Shown here in pieces: positions 1-8,656 of a DNA stretch of 64,000 nt (the stretch's first letter is position 1; every line of letters starts with the position of its first letter). The notes beneath the pieces are model-generated. The model was not told where the DNA came from. It saw nothing but the letters and a program-made list of their open reading frames with translations, and made no database searches. A program made the position numbers and the translations under genes. Source of the stretch: Planctomycetota bacterium (lineage in GTDB: Bacteria; Planctomycetota; Phycisphaerae; Phycisphaerales; SM1A02); contig VGYQ01000005.1 in NCBI GenBank assembly GCA_016872915.1, positions 171 to 64,170 on the forward strand. Reading direction: 5' to 3'.

Positions 1-1
1 G

Positions 2-1204
2 CACGTAGATCCACAGACACCCATCGACGCAGCCGATGGAACAGCATCGGAGTCGATCCCACTGCGCCTGCCAAGTCAGCTCTCACGGTCTGCCCAGCCC
101 CCTTCCCCTGAGAGTCGATCAAAGATGCCCCACTCCGCGTCGCATCAGCGATCAGCATGGAAGCGCTTCAACGACTTTCTGGTCTGCAGCGGTAATCGTC
201 TGGCGTTTGATAGCGCCGTGCGGATGGCAGAACGCGCGGCAGATGCACCACAGATGCTCTTTCTGCATGGCGCATGCGGCGTGGGAAAAACGCATTTATG
301 CGAGGCACTGTGTCATCGCTTCAACGAGTGCACGCCCGGCGCACGCATCCGCTGCATCACTGGCGAGCAGTTCACCAATGAGTTCATTGCAGCCATCCGG
401 GACGGTTCTATCGACTCCATTCGGCGTCGTCAGCGCAAACATGATCTGCTGGTGATAGACGACATTCACTTCCTCGGCAACAAGAATGCGACGCAGTCGG
501 AGTGCCTGCACACACTTGATGCGATCGCAGCGAGCGGCGGTCGAGTCGTGCTTGCGTCTGATGCACACCCGAGGGCCATTGCACGGTGCAGTCCCGCTCT
601 TGTCAGCCGCTTCCTGGCGGGACTGGTTGTGCAGGTTGAACCCCTGGACCGAAACGGTCGCATCGCGCTTGCCAAGCTGCGGCTTGGCGCGCGAGGACTC
701 GATCTCATTCCCACCGCCCTCGAGGCACTGGTAGACCGATCTGGCACCAGCATCCGTGAACTGGAGGGAGCTGTGCTGACTGTGTGCGCCCATCAAGCGT
801 CACTCGGATGTACCGCGGAAAGTGGCCATGTGCTTGTGGCACGGGCACTTGGTCATGCGGAACCCTCGCGCGCCGGTCGGCCCGTGCGGTTGGCAGAGAT
901 CATTGCGGCGGTGTGCATGGAAACCGGTCTTGAGACAACCGAACTGCTTGGCGCAGGTCGCCATCGGCGCGTGGCCACCGCGCGCGGGCTCGCCGCACTT
1001 CTCGCGCGAGAACTGACCACCTGCTCATTTCCAGAAATCGCCGCCGCTCTGGGCCGCTCAAGCCACTCTGCGGTGCATGCGGCTGCCACTCGATACCGCG
1101 CTTGGGTGGAGCAGCGCGAACAGGTCGACGTTGTCGGACATCGAATCGGGGCAGACTCGCTCGTCGAGCGCACCCGCCGCAGCATTCTGACCGCGCGCAG
1201 CTAA
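2..1204 (+). CDS. dnaA: Chromosomal replication initiator DnaA (5'-partial; frame stays open to the window edge)
   Basis: No stop in this frame from nt 2. FNDFLVCSGNRLA marks entry to domain III. Walker A GACGVGKTHL, Walker B LLVIDDIHFL, box VII SIRELEGAV. Domain IV HTH RRVATARGLAALLARELTTCSFPEIAAALGRSSHSAVHAA. Confidence 0.85.
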   Translation, partial: HVDPQTPIDAADGTASESIPLRLPSQLSRSAQPPSPESRSKMPHSASHQRSAWKRFNDFLVCSGNRLAFDSAVRMAERAADAPQMLFLHGACGVGKTHLCEALCHRFNECTPGARIRCITGEQFTNEFIAAIRDGSIDSIRRRQRKHDLLVIDDIHFLGNKNATQSECLHTLDAIAASGGRVVLASDAHPRAIARCSPALVSRFLAGLVVQVEPLDRNGRIALAKLRLGARGLDLIPTALEALVDRSGTSIRELEGAVLTVCAHQASLGCTAESGHVLVARALGHAEPSRAGRPVRLAEIIAAVCMETGLETTELLGAGRHRRVATARGLAALLARELTTCSFPEIAAALGRSSHSAVHAAATRYRAWVEQREQVDVVGHRIGADSLVERTRRSILTARS

Positions 1205-1239
1205 CGCGAAGCCAAGGCACACCGTTACACTCGCCGCGC

Positions 1240-2763
1240 ATGGTGGCTGCGGTCTTTCAGTTTGGCACGGCACAACTCTTGGCCGGCGCCGTGGTGGCGA
1301 CGGCGCTCCTGTGGCCTCCAACATATGCATCGGCACAATATGGCCGCACCGATCACGTCGATGGCGCCATCTCAACCCTCAAGCGATGCTCGCTTCCCAC
1401 GCCGCAAGGAGATCATCACACGTTGATCGTTGCACTGCGAGCGTTGGAGGATCCCGCTCTTGCACCCTTCTATGAGGCGCTGCTGAAGTCGCCGGACTGG
1501 CGCTCGCAAATCGATGGCATCCTTGGCTTGGCTGAACTATCGAAGGACAGAGATCTCAACATCGATCTTGTGCGCGCTCTTCCGAACGCCGAGGACCGCT
1601 CGACCGCGATTCGCGCTGCAATCGGCTTCGAACTGCTGAAGCCAAAGACTCTGCGTGCACTGCTTGATGACCCAAACATGCCATCTGTGGATGCTCTGGT
1701 CATCTGCGGAGAACTCCACCGGCAGGGGCAACCCTTTCCTGCAAATGCCGTACGAGCGACGGCTGCGGATCCTGCGGATGACATTGCCGGCTTGGCATCA
1801 CTGCTCCTCATGGAGTCTGGCGATGAATCTGCGTGGAAGGCTTTTGTCGAGCGCTGGGCCACGCGAAGTGACGAGATTCGGAACGCAACACTTCAGGAAT
1901 TGGCGCGCGTTGCGCTCCTCTACCGACTGAAAAGCTCAGTCCGCGGTCTTGGGGAACTCGCGCGAAAGCCAGACATCCGTGCGGCAACACTCATGATGGT
2001 GAATGCCACCGCGCTTGGCCTCGAGCCGAATCTTGGCGCGCAAATGTGGAGCACCTTCGTGCAGCGGGAGCGTTCGCAGGCGCTGCTTTTGAGAGCAGGA
2101 TTACAGCTGCTCGCACATGAAGCCGCCTGTGAGGCCGGGTTTGGTGCGAAACTGAAAAACGGTGAGCCACTTGTCGATGCCATTGCCGATGCGATCGATG
2201 CGAGTGCCAGTGGCGATGCCGATGCGATGGCATCGGCGCTCGAAGTGGTTATCGATCGTGCAAACAAGACGAGCGCAGAGTGGGCAATTCGGCGGGCCGC
2301 GTCTCTACCAATGCCACAGGCGACTCGCGTCTGGAAGCATTTGATCGACACATTTCTTGGGGCACCGGCCAATGCGATGGCGCTCTCACCAGTTGTGCTT
2401 GATGCCGCAACACGTCTGGCAGAGAGCAACCCTGCGCTGCTTGAGCCAATGATCCGCCGCGCAGAGAATGAGCGACAGGCACAAGAGGTGCTCTTGTTGG
2501 CACTCTGCAACGCCAGTTCAGCCGAAAGCGCCGATGTTGCAGAAAAAGTACGTGGTCAGCTGAGTCGCCGAGGCGATGCATTGGCGCTTCTGGCGATTGC
2601 GCGCGGCCGCGGTGAGTTGACGCCACAGATCCGAAGCGACTTGGGCATCGTTGCCGCAGGTGGCGGTGATCTGGATCAGAGCCTGTTGGCTCAAGCGGCA
2701 TGGCTGTTTGTGAAGAGCAGCGGCAAGCAGGATGCTGCCCTTCAGCAGATGTGTTCACCATGA
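1240..2763 (+). CDS. Hypothetical secreted protein, Ala/Leu-rich helical (HEAT-like) repeats
   Basis: ATG at 1240 gives a signal-peptide-like N-terminus MVAAVFQFGTAQLLAGAVVATALLWPPTYASAQ. The ORF-track start at 1102 overlaps dnaA and was trimmed. The stop overlaps the next start (ATGA 2760-2763). No catalytic motif recognised. Confidence 0.6.
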   Translation: MVAAVFQFGTAQLLAGAVVATALLWPPTYASAQYGRTDHVDGAISTLKRCSLPTPQGDHHTLIVALRALEDPALAPFYEALLKSPDWRSQIDGILGLAELSKDRDLNIDLVRALPNAEDRSTAIRAAIGFELLKPKTLRALLDDPNMPSVDALVICGELHRQGQPFPANAVRATAADPADDIAGLASLLLMESGDESAWKAFVERWATRSDEIRNATLQELARVALLYRLKSSVRGLGELARKPDIRAATLMMVNATALGLEPNLGAQMWSTFVQRERSQALLLRAGLQLLAHEAACEAGFGAKLKNGEPLVDAIADAIDASASGDADAMASALEVVIDRANKTSAEWAIRRAASLPMPQATRVWKHLIDTFLGAPANAMALSPVVLDAATRLAESNPALLEPMIRRAENERQAQEVLLLALCNASSAESADVAEKVRGQLSRRGDALALLAIARGRGELTPQIRSDLGIVAAGGGDLDQSLLAQAAWLFVKSSGKQDAALQQMCSP

Positions 2764-3929
2764 AGCAAGACATCCCGCTCAGCAAACCAGATCTGACCGA
2801 CGAGGATCGGCAGGCTGTCCTGACGACGCTTGCTGGCTCGCGGCTGACGATGGGGCGAGCACTGCTCGAGTTCGAGGCGGTGCTCGGCGAGGTCACGCGG
2901 CGCACATTCGCCATCGGTGTTTCGAGTGCATCGAGCGGACTCGAAATCTCCCTGCGTGCGCTTGGAGTCGGTCGTGGGGATGAGGTGCTCGTACCGGCAC
3001 TCTCCTATCCATCGAATGTCAATGCTGTGATTGCTCTTGGTGCGGTACCCGTCTTTGTCGATTGTGATCCGCGCACGCTTTGCATGAATGTGCAATGCGC
3101 AGAGCGCGCAGTGACATCGGCAACCAAGGCAGTGATCGGCATTCCGGTGCTGGGAAATCCTTGCGGGCTGCCTGAACTGATTGCGCTCTGCTCGCGGATG
3201 GAGTTGCCGATGCTTGAGCATGGTTCCGAGGGGCTCGGATCGACAATCGGCACGGACAATGTCGGTCGATTTGGGCGCCTCAGCGTGTTTGGCTTCGGGC
3301 CGAACCGCACGATTTGCGCGGGCGAAGGGGGTGCCATTGTGACGCACGATGATCGCTTGGCTGCTGCGTGCAGATCCCTCCGCAACCAAGGGCGCGATGA
3401 TCGGCGCAGCTTCCCGGATCAATCGCCTGACCTTGGCATGATCATGAGTTTTACTGGCATCGGCTCCGATGCCCGGCTTGCCGAACCGCTTGCTGCGCTC
3501 GCAGCGAGTCAGCTGCGCAGACTGGAGAGCACCCGCGCCCTGCGAGCAGAGATCGCAGCGCTCTACACGCGTGCACTTGGTGGCCATCCAGACTTGATCC
3601 TGCCGACCGTTGGTGAGGATGCGAGCGTGTGTTGGCCACTCTTCTGGGTTCGGCTCTCGGATCGCTTCGGACGTGAGGATCGAGATGCAGTCATCGGTGG
3701 CCTCCATCGGCATGACATCGGAGCTGCCAATCACTATCCGCCCGCGCATCTGCTGCCGCATGTTCGCCAGCACTTTGGCACGAACGTCGGCGACTGCCCG
3801 GCGGCAGAGTCCATCGGTGATCGCATGATCACCCTCCCGATGTTCACATCCATGAAGGAACGCGAAGTTCGGCAGGTTTGTCAAGCACTTGAAACGTTGC
3901 TCTCGCGCTCAGGCATTGATCGTGCTTGA
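2760..3929 (+). CDS. DegT/DnrJ/EryC1/StrS-family sugar aminotransferase homologue, apparently lacking the PLP lysine and aspartate
   Basis: IPLSKPDLTDED, GDEVLVPALSYPSNVNAV, PVFVDCD and GEGGAIVTHD match the family. The Schiff-base Lys column reads Arg (FGFGPNRTICAGEGG). The conserved EDAAxA Asp reads His (LEHGSEG). Confidence 0.75.
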   Translation: MKQDIPLSKPDLTDEDRQAVLTTLAGSRLTMGRALLEFEAVLGEVTRRTFAIGVSSASSGLEISLRALGVGRGDEVLVPALSYPSNVNAVIALGAVPVFVDCDPRTLCMNVQCAERAVTSATKAVIGIPVLGNPCGLPELIALCSRMELPMLEHGSEGLGSTIGTDNVGRFGRLSVFGFGPNRTICAGEGGAIVTHDDRLAAACRSLRNQGRDDRRSFPDQSPDLGMIMSFTGIGSDARLAEPLAALAASQLRRLESTRALRAEIAALYTRALGGHPDLILPTVGEDASVCWPLFWVRLSDRFGREDRDAVIGGLHRHDIGAANHYPPAHLLPHVRQHFGTNVGDCPAAESIGDRMITLPMFTSMKEREVRQVCQALETLLSRSGIDRA

Positions 3930-3954
3930 CCGCGTTGCGTCGCGCCTCCGGTGA

Positions 3955-4026
3955 AAGCCACCCATGGGATTCGAACCCACGACCTATGCTTTACGAAAGC
4001 ATTGCTCTACCACTGAGCTAGGGTGG
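3955..4026 (-). tRNA. tRNA-Thr (anticodon CGU)
   Basis: The reverse complement folds as a cloverleaf: acceptor GCCACCC/GGGTGGC, D-arm GCTC-AGTGGTA-GAGC, anticodon arm ATGCT-TTCGTAA-AGCAT, T-arm GTGGG-TTCGAAT-CCCAT. CCA is not encoded. Confidence 0.9.
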
Positions 4027-4094
4027 CGATAGAAGATCGAGAGTGTAGCGCGGCAGGCAGAGGGGAGTGTCGTTGCCGACAATTCGAGAGCCGC

Positions 4095-6476
4095 TCACCC
4101 GCGCGGCTCAACGATCAATTGCACGACATCCGAAGGAGGAAGCCCAAGCGCACCGAATGCGTGCGCAGCAGCAGCTGCCACTGCCGAGTCATCGGAACGA
4201 AGCAGTGCCTTCAACGCAGCGATCTGGCTTTGCGAGAGTTGATTGCCCAATTTTCTTGCACTTGCCGCCAACGCGTCGAGCACTCTTGGCTGCATCTCTC
4301 CCGTGATGGAGAGCGAACTGGAGGCGAGTGCGCGCTGAGCAGAATCGGTCGGAATCATCGCGAGTACAGCCGCGATGCCAGCGACCTCGCTGCTTGACTC
4401 GCCCCGACCAAGTTCCCGGACGAGTGCACTCTCGGCATCACGGATATCGAAAACCGGCGATGAGGATTCCGCAATCAGACGGAGTGCAGCGAGTGCTTGC
4501 CCGCTGTACTGCTGCGTTTCCTCGACAGACAGCGCCAACCCCCCTGCAGCCCCAGCTGCCGCTTCGATGGCGCGGTTGAGCTGTTCATTGGTTGCCGATG
4601 CAAGGAATACGGCGACCCGAGGATCTCTTTCATACTGCATGGAAAGCGCAGTCGCATCCTGTCCATTGGCAATGACGACGACCGGCGCAGTGGCTGTGGG
4701 TCGAGCCAAGCGAGCTGACCGCACGACATCTTGGACGGCAGCAGTTGCACCTTGCACGACAAGCAGATCAACCGACTGACCCTGTGAGAGGCGCGTCTCC
4801 AATTCACCGATCGATCCTCCCGTCACAGCATTCGACATGCCGATCTCACCAAGGCGAGCGGCGAGCGACTGACGGTCTTCTTCGGTCGTTGCGATCACGG
4901 CACCCGTCATCGCAGCGGAGCGGAGCATTGATGTCAGCGTTGGAACAACAGAACTGTCTTGCGGGAATTGCACCTGAGGCAGCGAGCGCGCGAGCACAAG
5001 CGCCGCATCGAAACGCACACGCCGATCGGCAAACGCGAGACATTCCACCACGGGGGAACGACCCTTGGTAGGGCTGACGAGCGAGGAAGCGCCGCTGTTG
5101 AATGAGAGCACATCCAGACACGCGCGAATAAGAAGCACATCGCTCGCATCGAGCGCCATGCCGAGAGCCATTTGGGCGGCAATCGATCCGGCTGCAGTGG
5201 CAAGCAGTTCTGGAGCGAACCGAGGCTGCAGCAATTCCGCCCGCCGCACATCCTCGTCACCACTTGCATCCATGTTCATCAGGCGCATCAGCGCTGATCG
5301 CCGGAGGTCTGCTGCGATGAAGACCGCCAACGCCATCTGCGAATTGGGGTCGATCCGGAGGGCATTTCGCGACAGCAGCACCGCCATGGTCTCGCAGTAC
5401 ACCGGCGTTGGGACACTTGTGCCGACAAGTCCGCCCGAGGGATCGTGGGACCAAATCACATTGCCCGAGTCTGACGGATAGGGGATAAGCGTTGGAACCT
5501 GATCAAAGAATCGCCGCGCAAGCGCGGTGTATTGACTCGCCGCATCTTGACTCGTCCCACCAAGACGCGCGTACGCACGGAGCGCAGCGCCTCGCACATC
5601 AGCTGCCGTGTCGGCCTTGCTCGCGAGATCGAGCAGGAAGGGCTGAGCGCTTGGATAACCGATCTCTCCCAGAATCTCGCAGATCTTGCGCTGCGTCGAC
5701 GGGTCAACGGCCGGCAGCGCGGCACACAATGGGTCGACTGCAAGCCGTTTCAGATCCACCAGCACCGCCCGAGCGGCGTTCGAAGTCTTGGCATCGCCTC
5801 CGTTGGCGAGCGCCTTCAAGAGCGCCGGAACGGCAAATGGCCCCGCAGCAACAAGCCGCGAGCGGGCCATCATCTGTTGTCGCATCGATCCGTTGAGTGC
5901 AGCGACCGATTCCTCGATCCGAAGGGCGTTTCGGCTCGTCGCGCGCGCGCCGTTTCGTAGGCGCGTCTCAAACTCCACCACCAACGGACCCACCCCTTCC
6001 ATCGCCCGACCGCGCGTCATGGATCGTTCTACCTTTTCGGTCATCCCCCGCTCGTCGACAAGGCGGCTGATCTGCTCGTCGGTGATGCCCGATTCAAAGA
6101 GCTCTTGGAACGCCCCCGTAGCCATCGTCGCGTTTCCGATGAGGAGATAGTGCAGTGCCATGTCGAGCGCATGTGCCTGCTGCGCAGTGGCCCCTTCGGC
6201 AGGATCAGAAAGCGCCGGGGCCTCACCGCTGGCGCTTTGCAAAGAGGCATCATCGCCATCGGCTCCACTTGGGCTGTTGGCCTCACCCGACGCTGCCTCC
6301 CCACCACTGCTCTCCTCTGCCATCGGCTCTTCCGCAGGAACATCCGTTGGCTCCGCAGGCTCGCCGGCGGGATCAGGCGGCGTTGGATCATCCGCCCATG
6401 AGGGTGACACCAGACCGACATGAAGCAGGGCGAGGAGAGAGGCGGTCAGGAGGGAACTGCGGGTGAGGTCGTGCAC
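4095..6476 (-). CDS. Large secreted protein with HEAT/armadillo-like helical repeats
   Basis: GTG start. Signal peptide MHDLTRSSLLTASLLALLHVGLVSPSWA, then an acidic Pro/Glu/Ser-rich linker, then repeats of the type LLKALANGGDAKTSNAARAVLVDL and ICEILGEIGYPSAQPFLLDLA. Confidence 0.65.
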   Translation of the reverse strand: MHDLTRSSLLTASLLALLHVGLVSPSWADDPTPPDPAGEPAEPTDVPAEEPMAEESSGGEAASGEANSPSGADGDDASLQSASGEAPALSDPAEGATAQQAHALDMALHYLLIGNATMATGAFQELFESGITDEQISRLVDERGMTEKVERSMTRGRAMEGVGPLVVEFETRLRNGARATSRNALRIEESVAALNGSMRQQMMARSRLVAAGPFAVPALLKALANGGDAKTSNAARAVLVDLKRLAVDPLCAALPAVDPSTQRKICEILGEIGYPSAQPFLLDLASKADTAADVRGAALRAYARLGGTSQDAASQYTALARRFFDQVPTLIPYPSDSGNVIWSHDPSGGLVGTSVPTPVYCETMAVLLSRNALRIDPNSQMALAVFIAADLRRSALMRLMNMDASGDEDVRRAELLQPRFAPELLATAAGSIAAQMALGMALDASDVLLIRACLDVLSFNSGASSLVSPTKGRSPVVECLAFADRRVRFDAALVLARSLPQVQFPQDSSVVPTLTSMLRSAAMTGAVIATTEEDRQSLAARLGEIGMSNAVTGGSIGELETRLSQGQSVDLLVVQGATAAVQDVVRSARLARPTATAPVVVIANGQDATALSMQYERDPRVAVFLASATNEQLNRAIEAAAGAAGGLALSVEETQQYSGQALAALRLIAESSSPVFDIRDAESALVRELGRGESSSEVAGIAAVLAMIPTDSAQRALASSSLSITGEMQPRVLDALAASARKLGNQLSQSQIAALKALLRSDDSAVAAAAAHAFGALGLPPSDVVQLIVEPRG

Positions 6477-6688
6477 GATCGAAAAGTCCTTGAGGGGGCA
6501 GTTCGTTGGGTCTCGTGATGAAACGGTTCAAACGAGCGAGTGGCCCAAGAACGACCCGCGTTGGGGAAGCCATGAAAATAGCCGAAAGAGCGGGTTCCCG
6601 CAACGAACAACGGCGGCGACCAATGCGAGTACTCTCTCCCGCGTGCTTGACCCTCGGCACTCGTGAGCCGAGGCGTGCGCTTGCGTCG

Positions 6689-6860
6689 GCTGGCCCGATT
6701 CATGCGCGCGAGGGAAGGCGGTGAGATTCCGCCGCGGACGCGCCGCCGTGACGGGTGAGACCGATGAGGTCTGATGCCCGAGCCAGAGAAGCCACTGGGA
6801 CCGCATGTGCGGAATCCGGGAAGGCAGGCTCGGGTGCCCGAAGTCGGAAGACCTGCCTGC
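6689..6860 (+). promoter_or_regulatory. Cobalamin (B12) riboswitch
   Basis: Conserved cores appear in canonical order. AGGGAAGGCGGTGAGATTCCGCCGCGGACGCGCCGCCGTGACGGG at 6711-6755. AGAAGCCACTGGGA with B12 box GCCACTG at 6791-6797. GGGAAGGC at 6818-6825. AGTCGGAAGACCTGCC at 6842-6857. The element ends 69 nt upstream of the ATG at 6929. Boundaries are approximate. Confidence 0.8.
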
Positions 6861-6928
6861 AGTGTTGTGCCGCCCCCTCGCGATTTGTTCAGGGGTCACG
6901 GCGCGAGGCCAGTTGTTTTATTCACCCC

Positions 6929-7861
6929 ATGCCGACTTTTGCGCAGGACCGCGCAGTGATCGCGTGCTTCCGAGCAGTGGCTCTCATCTGTGCATTCGTA
7001 GATGTTTCTCCCGCTCGATCAAGCGACTTCGCTTCATCCGTCATTTCCTATGTTCCTGGAACGAATCCAGCGAATGGTTTCACCAATCCGTATGCGGCCC
7101 TTGGCGCTCCAGAGCGTTTCACTGGCGAGAACATTTCGCCGGGAGCTGTCACGCCATTTGTTCCTGCGTTTGGGACATCCGAGATTGTGTCGATTGGTGC
7201 GGGTGGAAGTCTCACGCTGGCATTCCATCCACCCATCCTCGATGATGCGAACAACCCCTTTGGCATCGATCTCATTGTCTTTGGAAACTCATTCTTCACT
7301 GACGGCGCATGGCCGACTGGTTCGTGTGCAGGACTGGCAGCAGATGGTGGAAGCATTCAAGTCAGTTCGGATGGCATGCAGTGGATCACGGTGTCGGGTG
7401 TTGTTGCAGATGGTCTCTTCCCCACGATGGGGTTCACCGATGTCGGTCCGTACTCACCAACCGCCGGCAGCGTTGTGACAAATCCCCACCTCCCCATCGA
7501 TCCATCGCTCACGCTGGCGGATCTGCAGGGCAGCTCCTACGAACAGATTTTGGATGCCTACGCGGGCAGTGCAGGCGGCGCAGGCATTGATCTTGCGAGC
7601 GTCGGGATCACGAGCGCAGTGGCCGTACGCATTGTGGTACCGAGCGGCTTTCACCCCAATGTCGAGATTGATGCTGTCGCGCGCGTTCTCCCCCGCGCGC
7701 GGTCCGCCGACATCGACTCCGACGGGGTCGTGGGTGGCAGCGATTTGTCGATCCTGCTCTCCGCATTTGGCAGCGGTTCGTCATCTGCAGATCTCAATGG
7801 CGATGGCACCGTCGGTGGAAGCGACTTGTCTCTTCTGCTGGCCGCATGGGGTTCCGTATGA
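6929..7861 (+). CDS. Secreted protein of unknown function with C-terminal double dockerin-like (EF-hand-type) repeat
   Basis: ATG at 6929 gives the signal peptide MPTFAQDRAVIACFRAVALICAFVDVSPA; the ORF-track start at 6755 lies inside the riboswitch. C-terminus DIDSDGVVGGSDLSILLSAFG...DLNGDGTVGGSDLSLLLAAWG. First gene after the B12 riboswitch. Confidence 0.7.
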   Translation: MPTFAQDRAVIACFRAVALICAFVDVSPARSSDFASSVISYVPGTNPANGFTNPYAALGAPERFTGENISPGAVTPFVPAFGTSEIVSIGAGGSLTLAFHPPILDDANNPFGIDLIVFGNSFFTDGAWPTGSCAGLAADGGSIQVSSDGMQWITVSGVVADGLFPTMGFTDVGPYSPTAGSVVTNPHLPIDPSLTLADLQGSSYEQILDAYAGSAGGAGIDLASVGITSAVAVRIVVPSGFHPNVEIDAVARVLPRARSADIDSDGVVGGSDLSILLSAFGSGSSSADLNGDGTVGGSDLSLLLAAWGSV

Positions 7862-8652
7862 GCCGGCGCGCATTCACGCTCGTGGAGTCGCTTGTCACGA
7901 TCGCCACGCTGGCTTTGCTCGCTTCACTGCTCCTCCCAGTGGTCGGCAGCGTTCGTGAACGTGGGCGAGGCGTGGAGTGCACAGTTCGCATGCGTCAGTA
8001 TGCGGTGGCCGCGATTGCCTACTCCGGTATCTACCGTGGCACATTCCCTGCTGCCATCCTCCACGAGCAAACGGCATCTGGTGTGCGCACCGTAGCGTGG
8101 GACTACGCACACGGTGCAGGTGCGCTGCAACCCGGACCGCTCAGCTTGTTCACCGATAGCCCCTTTGCCATGCGGCAGTGCCCATGCTGCAGACCCCCGA
8201 CTGCCACGGAAGACGCTCCATGTACCGGCTTCAATTACAACACGTCATTCATCGGAGCCGAAGGCGCGTATCCATCGGTCGGGGCGGATGGAGTGTTCCG
8301 CAGCGGCTGGGGGAGCGCACGCCTTGGTGTGCCCTCGAGCGCACATGTTCGGCCATCGCAGACCGCTCTCTTCGGTGACGGAGGCTGGAGCGGTGGAACG
8401 AACAAGTTCATGCGCGCGCCCGAGGCGCTTGTGGAGATGGATCTCGGAGTGGTCTATGCGGGCGCGCAAGCGTTTCGCCATCAGAGCTGCACCAATGTGG
8501 CCTGGCTCGATGGACACACCTCAGCCGTGTGTTCGCCATGTGAGGGCGAGCACATGTTGACCGCATCGGGTGCACCGCTGCTCGTGCAGCCGCTCGGTTG
8601 GCCGCGCAATGGTTTTCTGAGCCAGAACAACGCTGCCTACGATCCGCGGTGA
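7858..8652 (+). CDS. Prepilin-type N-terminal cleavage/methylation domain protein, HX9DG (DUF1559) family
   Basis: N-terminal pseudopilin motif MSRRAFTLVESLVTIATLALLASLLLP. C-terminal H-X9-DG motif HQSCTNVAWLDG. ATGA start/stop overlap with the upstream gene (7858-7861). Confidence 0.85.
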   Translation: MSRRAFTLVESLVTIATLALLASLLLPVVGSVRERGRGVECTVRMRQYAVAAIAYSGIYRGTFPAAILHEQTASGVRTVAWDYAHGAGALQPGPLSLFTDSPFAMRQCPCCRPPTATEDAPCTGFNYNTSFIGAEGAYPSVGADGVFRSGWGSARLGVPSSAHVRPSQTALFGDGGWSGGTNKFMRAPEALVEMDLGVVYAGAQAFRHQSCTNVAWLDGHTSAVCSPCEGEHMLTASGAPLLVQPLGWPRNGFLSQNNAAYDPR

Positions 8653-8656
8653 AACG

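Noticed and set aside
8-16. AGATCCACA, a near-match to the DnaA box TTATCCACA
   Set aside because: It is a single imperfect copy inside the dnaA coding frame. No cluster was seen, so it is not evidence for oriC.
2742-3884. 380-aa ORF on the minus strand
   Set aside because: It is antisense to the DegT-like gene, which shows family motifs along its full length.
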